Positions 48,201-56,805 of a stretch of 64,000 nt of DNA are shown one piece after another. Both the position numbers and the translations under genes were made by a program. The stretch comes from Ostreococcus lucimarinus. Taxonomy: Eukaryota. The notes under the pieces are model-generated. The model did no database searches. It had not been told where the DNA came from and was given only the letters and a program-made list of their open reading frames with translations. How positions within the stretch are numbered: position 1 is the stretch's first letter; each line of letters opens with the position of its first letter. The DNA is taken from assembly GCA_000092065.1 (NCBI GenBank), contig CP000586.1, one strand, 5' to 3'.

Positions 48201-48414
48201 TCCTGCGCTACCGCAAGGGTATCCGCAAGCGTACGGCGCCGGTCGAGGCGTACCACTCGGTGGGTTTCAGCCCGGCGCGCCGCATCCCGGACCTCCCGGA
48301 CGCGGTCCGCCCGCCTCGTACGCCCCCGGCGGAAACCGCTTCGCCCCCTTCAATAACTTACCGCCGCGTTCGCGCGACCCGGCGCCGCCGCGACCGCAAA
48401 CCAAAAAACGCTAG
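45235..48414 (+). CDS. XRN: 5'-3' exoribonuclease (XRN2/Rat1-like size) with an inserted RanBP2-like zinc finger and a G/P/Q-rich C-terminus
   Basis: XRN_N catalytic motifs: MGVPSFYRWIAQKYP, LYLDMNGIIHPC, AIDGVAPRAKMNQQRSRR, PGEGEHK, GLDADLIML. ZnF DWMCPTGCGSMYASKGSCFRCGCP lies between the conserved regions. Confidence 0.9.
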   Translation: MGVPSFYRWIAQKYPKIVADVVEDEPVDALGRRVELNSAEANPNGIEFDNLYLDMNGIIHPCFHPEDRPAPTTEEEVFECIFDYIDRLFLMIRPRKVLYMAIDGVAPRAKMNQQRSRRFRSAQEAREKAEEEEKLREKLIREGVKVQPKQESGVFDSNVITPGTPFMGRLSEALKYYVHDKLNNDPGWRGIEVIFSDASVPGEGEHKAMHYIRQQRGLPGANPNTRHVVYGLDADLIMLALATHEPHFWILREIVFQKKDNEAPQTLGLGTEETKKKVAIARKPYQLLSVSVLREYLALDMRPVAPTPFKLDPERMFDDFIFMCFFVGNDFLPHSPTLEIREGAIDLLMTLYRNCLPTLGGYLCADGRPNLSIVEKFVRLVSEHEDAIFQKRAKKEARMRSSRQRDKQKAKDYYERQRKGSGTNVPQHRVLGGSRNASDRAPAAPTEQLVALGRGKPTPPPSAPKTAAENKSAADALRERLKTRGKRAAEATADVAPEADTDAKKAKVSDADKAEKDEKAKEFWNQLAEKAESESATTVETIDTVESDEVPSHPFVQSTAPDAQPGDWMCPTGCGSMYASKGSCFRCGCPRPSEVREFKAGEVMDSKSFLKQLEGIVKAMGEREEETDNIRLGESGWKDRYYEAKMQATPQTRDEIIRGMVIEYVRGLIWVCRYYFEGCCSWSWFYPYHYAPFASDLYDLSTISTDFDLGKPFKPFSQLMGVLPAASSHALPAAFAPLMSDKDSPIIDFYPEDFALDMNGKRFTWQAVALLPWIDANRLLEQTEMLEYTLTAEEKRRNSINEEEIYVNAAHPLAKQFLELEEREDEDVEKTLKMDPKLSKGMNATLVSVKRDAQPTMIPSPMSSRQDISNNKVVVASMRLPTDRFVPPVLMPGAVLPTPMVTEADLPPPPQLFHQTDNYGRNNNNNAPRIDYGRGMAGHPLAGGRGGFQGSNQDAHALMHQSLGRGVPLGMNYQQRLPTRTPPPPPPGGPALPQGYPQAYGAGRGVPLGGFQPGAPHPGPPGRGPPASYAPGGNRFAPFNNLPPRSRDPAPPRPQTKKR

Positions 48415-48482
48415 CGCATTAGTCATTCTGTACACCTAATTAGTAGTTTTGTTGTTACACGAGCTAGACGCTATAGATCAAA

Positions 48483-49073
48483 TCACTCGCGATTCGGCAG
48501 CGACGACTGATTTTGCCACGACTCCATCCGACTCGCCGTGACGAGATTCGTCAACAATTTTATCCTATCCGCCCTATTCGCCGCGTGCGCCTCCGTCAGC
48601 GCCGCCACTCTCGCCGCCATCTTCCCTCTCGCTCGTTCATACGCCCTCCTCAGATCGTCGTCGCCGTCCTCTCCCTCTCCCTCGCCTTCCTCGTTCGCGT
48701 CGCCGTCGCTCACCAGCGCGCGCGCCAACGCCTCCACCGCCGCGCTCGTCTCGTCCGTCGCCAGCGACTCCAACAGATCCCTGTCGCACGTCATCGCCAC
48801 CGGCGTCGCCAGCGCGTCGATCAGGCGAAAGTCTTCCTCGCACTGCGCCTCGCTCGTCGCCAGCGCGTCCTCGAGCGCGCGCGCGCACGCCGCGAGCGTC
48901 GCGTCGTCCGGTCGGTCGAGCGGTCGAATCGTCGTCGCGCGCGGCGGCGACGACGCGCGCTCGCGCGGCGGCGACGCCGGCGCGTGCGCGCGACCGTCCA
49001 TCGCGCCGGCGCGTCGGCGCGCGCGTCGGTGCGGCGCGACGCGCGTCGTCCGTCGAATTCGGCAATTCGGCAT
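48483..49073 (-). CDS. small acidic hypothetical protein (weak)
   Basis: 196-aa ORF in the 680-bp gap between XRN and the threonine-synthase-like gene. Non-repetitive acidic sequence with helical segments. The plus-strand ORFs here are R-rich junk or a non-ATG extension. Confidence 0.3.
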   Translation of the reverse strand: MPNCRIRRTTRVAPHRRARRRAGAMDGRAHAPASPPRERASSPPRATTIRPLDRPDDATLAACARALEDALATSEAQCEEDFRLIDALATPVAMTCDRDLLESLATDETSAAVEALARALVSDGDANEEGEGEGEDGDDDLRRAYERARGKMAARVAALTEAHAANRADRIKLLTNLVTASRMESWQNQSSLPNRE

Positions 49074-49098
49074 TCGGCGCGCGCGTCACACGGCGGCG

Positions 49099-50979
49099 AT
49101 GAAGTACGTGAGCACGCGCGGCGGCGCGCCGCCGACGACGTTCGTCGACGCCCTGCTCACGGGCTCGCCGCTGGACGGCGGCGCGTACGTCCCGGAGCGC
49201 GTCCCGACGATCGATTTCAAAAAGATTTTAAATTCGAGCTACGAGACGCTGTGCGTGGAAATCCTGTCGGTGTTTTGCGCGAATGGCGAGGAGTTCACGA
49301 AGGAAACGCTGCGAGAGATCGCGCACGAGGCGTGTAAGACGTTCGCGGACGACGCGATCGCGCCGGTGAAGACGCTCGGGCGAAGAGGCGCGAGAGGATG
49401 GGTGCACGCGTGCGAATTGCATCGCGGACCGACGCTGAGCGCGGAGGACGCGAGCATGCAGATGGCGGTGCGGATGATGGATCGGGCGTTGAAACTACGT
49501 GGGAAGCGAGGAAATGTGATGTGCTCGACGACGGGGGAAGAGGGGGGGGCGTTCGCGCGCGTGGCGGCGGAGATGAAGAATATGGACGCGTGGATCGTGT
49601 ACCCGGGCGACGACGGCGACGTGACCGAGCCTCAGGAACGAGAGATGACGTGTCACGTGGAGGATCACGTGCATCCGGTTAAGGTGAGCGAATGCCCGGA
49701 TGGAATGAGCGATGTGGACGCGGTCGTGATCGATGTGCTGAACGATGAGGCGTTTCGGTTGGCGAACGGGATGGTGAGCGCGAATAGCGCCAACGTGGCG
49801 CGCGTGTTGTGCTTTGTGCCGTTATTTTTTCACGCCTACGGACAAGTGCGCGCGAAGCGCGAAGAGTGGGGGAGACCCGTGGTGTTCAGTATACCGAGCT
49901 CCACGTTCGCGCTGGAGTACGCCGGTCACCTGGCGCGTTTGATGGGGTTGCCGATCACCGTCGTCGCCGCGTGCAACGCCAACGGCGCGGCGCACCGCGC
50001 CATCTCGCTCGGTGAATTGTACAAGACTGATATGGTGCACACGTCGTCGAGCGCGTTGGATGTCGTCGTGGCTGAAAACATGTGGCGGTCGCTGTACTAC
50101 GCCACTGGATCAAATCCGCTGATTTTGAGCGAGCTGCAAGACGATTTCGACGAAGACGGCGAAGTTGAATTGCCACCGAAGATGACGAGTGAGTTAAACG
50201 CCGTGTTCAAGAGCGCGGTCGTGAGCGACGAACTCATGTATAGCACGATACAGCGCGAGGAGCGCATGGGGTACTTACCCTGTCCTCAAACTGCGATCGC
50301 GATCGCGGCGCTGGAGTTGGTCGAGGACATCGCCGAGGACGTTCCGTGTGTGGCGCTCGCGGTGTCGCATCCGAGCAAGTTTCCGACCGTTATCCGTCGC
50401 GCGGTGCCGCAACTGAGCAACGGAGCTTCACATCCTACTGTGGATGGTATGAAGGGCTTGTTCCACCGCCGTCGCACGTGCTCGCTCGAAGAGCTCGAAC
50501 GCTCGTTGCGCAGAGACATCTCAGCGGTGACTTCGCTGCGCTCGCCCGCTCCGGTTAAGATCGAGCGCGTCTTACTCGCGCGCGACGAGTACGAGAAGAT
50601 TTACATGACCACCGTGATCAAGCGCAAACGATGGCGAGGTTTCGACAGTCCACTGTTCACCATCGCCTGCGCCGTCGCGGTCGCCGCGTGGGCCGCCGTC
50701 ACCACGCCGGAGACGAACCGGCAAACCGGGTCCGCGCGCGCCGCCGCGCGCGCCGCCGCCAAAGCGCGACGCGCCGCCGCCAAAGCGAGCGGCGAAAAAG
50801 CGCGAGCATTAGCCAGGACTCAGCGCCAAGCCGCGCGCGACGCCGCCAAGCTCGCCAAAATCCAAGCCGAGTCGGCGCGCGAATCCGCGCGTCCTCGCGT
50901 CTACGCGCGCGACCGCCGCGCGGCGCGTCCACCCAACGAGCACTTCGCGCACCAACCCCATAGAAACATTTATGCTTAA
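49099..50979 (+). CDS. threonine synthase-like PLP enzyme (THR4/THNSL family), with an atypical K/A/R-rich C-terminal tail
   Basis: The N-terminus MKYVSTRGGAP...LDGGAYVP matches the threonine-synthase N-terminal motif (YRSTRS...ATDGGLFIP in yeast THR4). PLP-fold core. The last ~90 aa (AARAAAKARRAAAKASG...) are low-complexity, so an unrecognised intron or an earlier stop is possible. Confidence 0.65.
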   Translation: MKYVSTRGGAPPTTFVDALLTGSPLDGGAYVPERVPTIDFKKILNSSYETLCVEILSVFCANGEEFTKETLREIAHEACKTFADDAIAPVKTLGRRGARGWVHACELHRGPTLSAEDASMQMAVRMMDRALKLRGKRGNVMCSTTGEEGGAFARVAAEMKNMDAWIVYPGDDGDVTEPQEREMTCHVEDHVHPVKVSECPDGMSDVDAVVIDVLNDEAFRLANGMVSANSANVARVLCFVPLFFHAYGQVRAKREEWGRPVVFSIPSSTFALEYAGHLARLMGLPITVVAACNANGAAHRAISLGELYKTDMVHTSSSALDVVVAENMWRSLYYATGSNPLILSELQDDFDEDGEVELPPKMTSELNAVFKSAVVSDELMYSTIQREERMGYLPCPQTAIAIAALELVEDIAEDVPCVALAVSHPSKFPTVIRRAVPQLSNGASHPTVDGMKGLFHRRRTCSLEELERSLRRDISAVTSLRSPAPVKIERVLLARDEYEKIYMTTVIKRKRWRGFDSPLFTIACAVAVAAWAAVTTPETNRQTGSARAAARAAAKARRAAAKASGEKARALARTQRQAARDAAKLAKIQAESARESARPRVYARDRRAARPPNEHFAHQPHRNIYA

Positions 50980-51151
50980 CACCACGACTCGCCGCGCGAC
51001 GACTGCCGCTTCCCTTCCCTCACCGCGACACGATTTCCATCCGTCGCGTTCGAACGCCGCGTCCCGCCGCCGCAACTAACTCGCGCGCGCCGTCCCGAGC
51101 GCCGCAGTGCTCGCCGCGCGCCCGCGCCCGCGCACCGGCGGCGCGACCGAC

Positions 51152-52324
51152 ATGAGTCGATCGCGCTCGCGCTCGCGCTCGCGCTCGCGCTCGAGCGCGT
51201 CGTCGTCGTCGTCGTCGTCGCGCTCGCGCTCGCGCGACCTCGCGCGTCGCGTCGCCGCGCTGAGCGACGACGCGCTGCTCGCGCGACGCCGACGGCTGCT
51301 CGAGCGCATCGACGTCGAGCGCGAGATCGCGCGTCGCGCCGAGACGACGCTCAAGCGCGCGCGCGAGGAGGCGAGCGACGAGGAAGAGGGACAGATTCCG
51401 GGCGACGCGCGCGACGCGCCGCCGCCCGCGAAAGTCGCGCGAGGGTACGTGCCGCCGCACGCGCGCGATCGAGGCGGATCGGGCGAGAAAAACGACGGAC
51501 GAGACGATTGGCGACGCGCGGACGGACGCGCGGACGCGGGGGATTGGCGAAGGCGAGAGGGAGAGAAGGCGGCGCGGCCGAAGCTGCCGGTGCCGGGCGA
51601 ACGCGGGTTCGGGCACCGCTCGGTCGGCGTCGGACGCGGACGCGCGGTCGAGGGCGGCGGCGGCGGTCAGAAACCGTCGTCGCTCGGCGGCGGTCCCGGG
51701 ACGGAGGCGCCGGGACGCGCGCCGGTGGAACCTCGAGGACGATTCGAGGACGCGGACGCGGCGCCGAGGCCGAAGACGATTCCCGCGCCTCGAACGGTTC
51801 CCGTCCCGGCGCCGCCGCCGGTGAAGCCGAAGAGTCCGCCGCGCGCGGTCGTCGCGCCCGCGCCGGTCCCAGCGCCGCCGCCGAAAGAACCGTCGCCGGC
51901 GCCCGCGGCCGACGACGACGAGGACGACGACGATATCGAAGCCATCCAAGCCGCCGCCAAAGCCGCCAGAGCCGTCAAAGCCGCGGCGACGAAGCCCGCC
52001 GCTCCCAAGGTGGTCGAAATCGAGGTCGAGATTCCGGATAAACCAAAAGCCGACGCCCCGCGTCGATCCTCGAGGCGTTCGACGTCGCCCGAGCGCGACG
52101 CCGATCCTCCTCGTCGATCGTCCAGACGTTCCGTCTCCGTGGAGCGCCGCTCGACGAATCCGCCGCCGAGCGCCGACGGTTTGACCCCCGTCGAAGGCGA
52201 TCCCGCCAAGCTCACCGTCGTCGTTTTGAAGAAGCTCCTCACCGAGCGCGAGTTGAGCACCGCGGGCTTGAAGGCTGCCCTCGTCGAGCGCTTAAAATCC
52301 GCGTTGGCCGACGAACGCTCGTGA
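51152..52324 (+). CDS. nuclear RS-domain / proline-rich protein with a C-terminal SAP motif
   Basis: N-terminal SRSRSRSRSRS repeats. PAPxP-rich middle. C-terminal SAP-like LTVVVLKKLLTERELSTAGLKAALVERLKSAL. ATG at 51152. Confidence 0.55.
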   Translation: MSRSRSRSRSRSRSSASSSSSSSRSRSRDLARRVAALSDDALLARRRRLLERIDVEREIARRAETTLKRAREEASDEEEGQIPGDARDAPPPAKVARGYVPPHARDRGGSGEKNDGRDDWRRADGRADAGDWRRREGEKAARPKLPVPGERGFGHRSVGVGRGRAVEGGGGGQKPSSLGGGPGTEAPGRAPVEPRGRFEDADAAPRPKTIPAPRTVPVPAPPPVKPKSPPRAVVAPAPVPAPPPKEPSPAPAADDDEDDDDIEAIQAAAKAARAVKAAATKPAAPKVVEIEVEIPDKPKADAPRRSSRRSTSPERDADPPRRSSRRSVSVERRSTNPPPSADGLTPVEGDPAKLTVVVLKKLLTERELSTAGLKAALVERLKSALADERS

Positions 52325-52360
52325 GCGTCGTCGTCGCATTCAATAGAACTTTATTCGTCA

Positions 52361-53638
52361 ATGCACCATCCCGCACTTCGCGACCCCGCGCGCGCGCGAC
52401 GACGCGTCCGAACGCGACGTGACCGAACGCTCGACATGACCGCCGTCGCCGACCTGCGTTTCCTCGCCGTGAGCGCCACCGCGGCTCGAATCACGCGCAT
52501 CGGTGTCCCGCTCAAAACCTCCCCCGACGGCGCGCTCGCGACGCGCGACGGCGCCGACGGCGCGCGCGACGGCGACGACGGGCCCGGTGATATCCTTCGC
52601 GATTGGCAAATCATGCAAACCAGGCTCGATCGCGAGGAAGAGGCGGAGGAGATGAGCAAGCTTTGGCACGACGACCCGGCGACGTGGCTCGAGCGAAGCA
52701 AGACGCAGTGGAGCGCGAGACATCGAGCGAGCGTGTACGCGAAACAGAAGGCCATGGGCGTGGCGAATCCGAGCACGACGGGACACGCGTCGCGAGCGCA
52801 GGGAGGGACGTCGAGCTCGACGGTGAAGACGACGAGGAAGAATCGCGCGGCGGGCGAACCGTTGGTGCAACTGGGCGAACGCGGCAAGGCGGGCATCGGA
52901 AAGATATCGTGCTCGCTGGTGGATTTGATCCAGTCGGGGCTGTTGAAGAGTGGTGCGGAGAAAATGTTCATCGTGTATCAAGATAACGTGTGGAAGGGCG
53001 ATCTCGGGGAGGACGGGGTGATCACGTTTCAAGGGCAGCGGTTCACGAGTCCGAGCGCGTGGGCGATTTTCGCCAAACGTTTAACGAACCCGACGAAGAA
53101 GGCTGACGACGGATGGAAGAGCGCACGGTACGGCGATCCCGATGGACCGACTTTAGATCAAGTGAAAGGGGAGTACGCGAGAATCAATCAGTTGAAGTTG
53201 GCGGGGTTGGAGGTGCAAGTGGAGGAGGCGTCGCGAACGCTCACGGCGGAAGCGTCGGCGGCAAAGGCAGCCGGTGGAGCCGCGGATTCGCCTCGCGCTA
53301 CTCGTAAACGCAAAGCAGCCGGCGTCGTTACGGCATCCGCGGACGACATGTCGTGGACGGTAAAGTTTCCAGGATGCGAATTCGGCGCGCCAGAGCCGTA
53401 CGCCGGGACGGTGGCGGACGAAAACATGGACTTCAAAGGCTTAGTGGGCAAGTACGTCTGCGTGTTTCGCGAATGCGCTGGCGATAAAAGCTGGTGGGCG
53501 GCGAAAGTAATCAAGGTGCGCGACCTAGACACCCACGCGGAGGCGGACTTGCTATTTTCAGACGCGAAAATTGAACGAGAGGTCGACGTGGAGTCGCTCG
53601 CGAGCGAAGGCGAACTCGTCGTGTTGGACGAATGCTGA
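52361..53638 (+). CDS. hypothetical protein with a conserved-looking central domain (W...SPSAWA...DGW, possibly RAMA/PUA-like) and a C-terminal Cys/Trp-rich domain
   Basis: 425-aa ORF with ATG at 52361 and an alternative start at the Met near 52436. Complex non-repetitive sequence. No confident family. Confidence 0.5.
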   Translation: MHHPALRDPARARRRVRTRRDRTLDMTAVADLRFLAVSATAARITRIGVPLKTSPDGALATRDGADGARDGDDGPGDILRDWQIMQTRLDREEEAEEMSKLWHDDPATWLERSKTQWSARHRASVYAKQKAMGVANPSTTGHASRAQGGTSSSTVKTTRKNRAAGEPLVQLGERGKAGIGKISCSLVDLIQSGLLKSGAEKMFIVYQDNVWKGDLGEDGVITFQGQRFTSPSAWAIFAKRLTNPTKKADDGWKSARYGDPDGPTLDQVKGEYARINQLKLAGLEVQVEEASRTLTAEASAAKAAGGAADSPRATRKRKAAGVVTASADDMSWTVKFPGCEFGAPEPYAGTVADENMDFKGLVGKYVCVFRECAGDKSWWAAKVIKVRDLDTHAEADLLFSDAKIEREVDVESLASEGELVVLDEC

Positions 53639-53805
53639 CGGCGCCACGAAGAGTTCACCAGTAAACCTTAGTAAACCAACAGTACAGTTCTAGAGATATT
53701 CACTCGTTTTCCGCTCGAGATCGGCGGTCGCGTCGAGCGGTTCGCGCGGAACCGAGCGAGCGCGCCGGCGCGCCGTGCGCTGTGAAATGGGCGACCGACC
53801 GCGCA

Positions 53806-55440
53806 ATGGGCGACCGACCGCGCGACCGACCGTTAATCGTCGATCGCGCGCCGCACCTCGCGACGCGCGCGATGCGGCTCGCGTCGCGCGCGATCGATCG
53901 CGTTCCGAGCGCGTCGCCGCGCCGCGCGCGCGCGACGCGTCGACGCCGCGCGCCGCGCGCCGGTCTCTTCGGCTTTGGCGATGCGACGCGAAGCGAATCG
54001 GCGAAGACGAAGGCGAAGACGAAGACGACGATCCTGGGCGACGCGGCGTCGAGCGTCGACGTGAAAGATGCGTACGAGTTCGGCGCCGAGCTCGGACGCG
54101 GACAATTCGGCGAGGTGCGCGCGGTGACGGACAAGGAGAGCGGACGCGCGCTCGCGTGCAAATCCATCAGCAAGCGAGGACTCTCGAGCGAACGGTCGAA
54201 AGAGATGGTGCGGAACGAAGTAAAAATCATGCATCACTTGAATGGGAACGCGAAGGTCGTTGAACTCGTCGCGACGCACGAGGATGCGACGCACGTGCAC
54301 TTGGTGATGGAAAAATTGGACGGCGACGAGTGGTTCGACGCGATGGCGGAGCAGTTTGAGACGGCGCCCTATAGCGAAGCCGAAGCCGCGGCGCAGTTTC
54401 GAAATGTGGCGCACACGGTGGAGTACTGTCATATAATGGACGTCATGCATCGCGACTTGAAGCCGGAGAATTTCGTGTTGAAGAGCGGCGCGAAGGATTC
54501 GCCCGTGTGCGCCATCGATTTCGGGCTGTCGACGTTTGCGACGCGAGACCAAGTGTTCACCGACTTCGTGGGCTCCCCGTATTACGTCGCTCCAGAAGTC
54601 ATGGCTTACAAGTACTCCAACGGAGCCGATGTGTGGTCGTGTGGCGTTATTTTATACATTCTACTCTCCGGCGTGCCGCCGTTTTGGGGATCGAGCGAGA
54701 AGCAAGTGTTCGACGCCATCAAGCGATATAAGACGGGCGCCGAGCCGCTCGATTTGGTGAGCGAGCCGTGGCCGTCAGTCAGCGATGCGGCGAAAGAGCT
54801 CATACAAGGCATGCTCACGGTGGATCCGACGAAGCGCATGACGATCGAAGACGTACTCCAGCATCCCTGGCTGGCCGATCCGAGCGTCGCTCCAAAGACG
54901 GCGCTCGACAACATCGTCTACAAGCGCTTCAAAAACTTCGCCGCCATGAGCAAGTTCAAGAAGCTGGGGCTGCACGCCATGGCGCGCGCGATGCCCGCGG
55001 AAGAGATCGCTGGACTGAGCGTCATGTTCAAGGAGCTGGACAAGGATAAATCGGGAACTGTTTCCATCGATGAGTTACGAGAAGGATTAAAGCTCCAATC
55101 CTCCGACGCCGCGGCGGAGCTCGAAGAGATCTTCAAAGTAGTCGATCTCGACGGCACCGGCGAAATTCACTGGGAGGAGTTCATCGTCGCCACTCTCGCG
55201 CGGTCGAAGCGTGAATCTAAAGCCGCGATCCAGCGCGCGTTTGATTACTTCGACACCGACCACGACGGTTCCATCACCGCCGAGGAATTCCAAAGCGCGC
55301 TCGACACGATGTCCCCCGTCGAGCGTGCGAATCTCGGCGACGTCACCGAGCTCATCGCCACCGCTGACGCCAACGGCGACGGCGTCATCGACTTTGAAGA
55401 GTTCATGACCGCGATGTCCGCCGACTCTAGCGCCCGGTGA
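53806..55440 (+). CDS. CDPK: calcium-dependent protein kinase (CDPK): Ser/Thr kinase domain, autoinhibitory junction and four EF hands
   Basis: Kinase motifs LGRGQFGEV, HRDLKPENF, DFGLS, GSPYYVAPE. Four EF-hand loops (DKDKSGTVSIDE, DLDGTGEIHWEE, DTDHDGSITAEE, DANGDGVIDFEE). Confidence 0.9.
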   Translation: MGDRPRDRPLIVDRAPHLATRAMRLASRAIDRVPSASPRRARATRRRRAPRAGLFGFGDATRSESAKTKAKTKTTILGDAASSVDVKDAYEFGAELGRGQFGEVRAVTDKESGRALACKSISKRGLSSERSKEMVRNEVKIMHHLNGNAKVVELVATHEDATHVHLVMEKLDGDEWFDAMAEQFETAPYSEAEAAAQFRNVAHTVEYCHIMDVMHRDLKPENFVLKSGAKDSPVCAIDFGLSTFATRDQVFTDFVGSPYYVAPEVMAYKYSNGADVWSCGVILYILLSGVPPFWGSSEKQVFDAIKRYKTGAEPLDLVSEPWPSVSDAAKELIQGMLTVDPTKRMTIEDVLQHPWLADPSVAPKTALDNIVYKRFKNFAAMSKFKKLGLHAMARAMPAEEIAGLSVMFKELDKDKSGTVSIDELREGLKLQSSDAAAELEEIFKVVDLDGTGEIHWEEFIVATLARSKRESKAAIQRAFDYFDTDHDGSITAEEFQSALDTMSPVERANLGDVTELIATADANGDGVIDFEEFMTAMSADSSAR

Positions 55441-55906
55441 CCCCTCGCGACCGTGTAATCGCATCGCCCGAGCCTCGCGTCCCGCCGTCCTCGCGCTCAG
55501 AGCGGCACGTCGTCGATCGCGCGTAACTCGAACGCTTTCAACGCGCACGTCGCGCGCGCGTCCATCCTTCGCGTCGCGGCGTCGACATCGCGCGCCGTCG
55601 TCGCGCTCGGTAGCTCGCGCTGTGTCTCGCGCAGCTCGCGGCGCAGCGCGTCGGCGGTCGCGGTCGCGCTCGGTGTGGTCGCGCCGCGTTCGCGTTGCAT
55701 CGCTCGAGGCGTTCGCGCGCGCGACGCGCGCGCGTCGACGACTGGCGTCGGGACGGGACGCCGCGCGCGCGAACGGCGACGGTTTCTTCGTTTTCGTTTG
55801 GTAAAAGTAACTACAAGATGACACTAGGATTGTAGAGTAGAATCGATCAATTAAGCAGTAGTCACGCCGCGGCGAACGCGGACGCGCTCGGACGCGAGAC
55901 GGCGAC

Positions 55907-56611
55907 CTAGGCGTGCGAAAACCGGCACGAATCGCCGCGGGTGCAGTTTCCTTCGGCGAAGGCGTAGCACTTGCCAGCGGGACCGCGAGAGCCCGGACGA
56001 GACGGCGGCGCGTTCGGATCGTGCGAGAATCGACACGAGTCACCGTACGAGCAGTTACCGTTTTGGAAGGCGTAGCACACGCCGCCGCCGCCGCCGCCGC
56101 GACCGCCGCCGCCGCCGCGTCCCGCCGCGCTCCCCGGCCCGTGCGAGAATCGGCACGAATCGCCCCGATCGCACTCGCCGCGTTCAAACGCGTAGCACTT
56201 CGGCACGTCCTCTCCGAATCGTTCCTTTTTCGCCTTTTTACACGGTTCGCACCGCGTCGGTTGGTTCGTCCAGCCCTTCGTCGCGTAAAACTCTTGTTCG
56301 CCGACGGTGAACACGAACTCCCCGTTACAATCCCGGCAGTTCAGCGTCACGTCCTCGTAGTTCCCCGTCGACACCTTACCCGGCTTCAATTCATCCGCGG
56401 ACTTTTTCGCGTGCACCTTGAATCCCGAGTCGCTGTCCTCGCCGTCGTCGGCGTCGTCCACCTTTTTCTTTTTTTCGGCTTTTTCCTCGCTTCCCGATTG
56501 ATCGCCTCCGGACGATTCATCGCGCTCGCGCTTCTCCTTCTTCTCCTTCTTCTCCTTCTTCTCCTTCTTCTCCTTCTTTTCCTTCGGGCTCTTCGGCGTT
56601 TTGTCGCCCAT
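55907..56611 (-). CDS. CCCH-type zinc-finger protein with N-terminal KEKKE repeats, a C2C2 zinc-ribbon-like segment and three C-x8-C-x5-C-x3-H fingers
   Basis: Three CYAF...C...C...CRFSH units and a CRDCNG...CEPC segment. ATG (MGDKTPKSPKEKKEK) at about 56611. The longer upstream ORF extension is R-rich junk. Confidence 0.7.
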   Translation of the reverse strand: MGDKTPKSPKEKKEKKEKKEKKEKKEKRERDESSGGDQSGSEEKAEKKKKVDDADDGEDSDSGFKVHAKKSADELKPGKVSTGNYEDVTLNCRDCNGEFVFTVGEQEFYATKGWTNQPTRCEPCKKAKKERFGEDVPKCYAFERGECDRGDSCRFSHGPGSAAGRGGGGGRGGGGGGVCYAFQNGNCSYGDSCRFSHDPNAPPSRPGSRGPAGKCYAFAEGNCTRGDSCRFSHA

Positions 56612-56805
56612 GGCTCGCGCTCGTCGGCGTCGGCGCGCGCGTGTGGCGTCGCGGCGAATGGCGGCGGCGGCGGCGGCGGCGCGGGCGACCGACCGAGATT
56701 GGCGCGTATGGGCAAACAGTGATGTTACACGTGGACGCGCGACGCGCGACGCGGTGCGCGCGCGCGACGCGCGGGCGGCGCGCGCGCGACCGCGAGTCAT
56801 CGCGG

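Noticed and set aside
48513-49337. Plus-strand R-rich ORFs and the 48538 non-ATG extension upstream of the threonine-synthase-like gene
   Set aside because: The ORF-track start is a non-ATG codon and the upstream 187 aa are low-complexity. The conserved N-terminus (MKYVSTRGG) begins at the ATG at 49099.
51020-52260. Minus-strand ORFs (51020-51949, 51667-52260) antisense to the RS/SAP gene
   Set aside because: Mirror-image low-complexity frames of an RS- and Pro-rich coding region.
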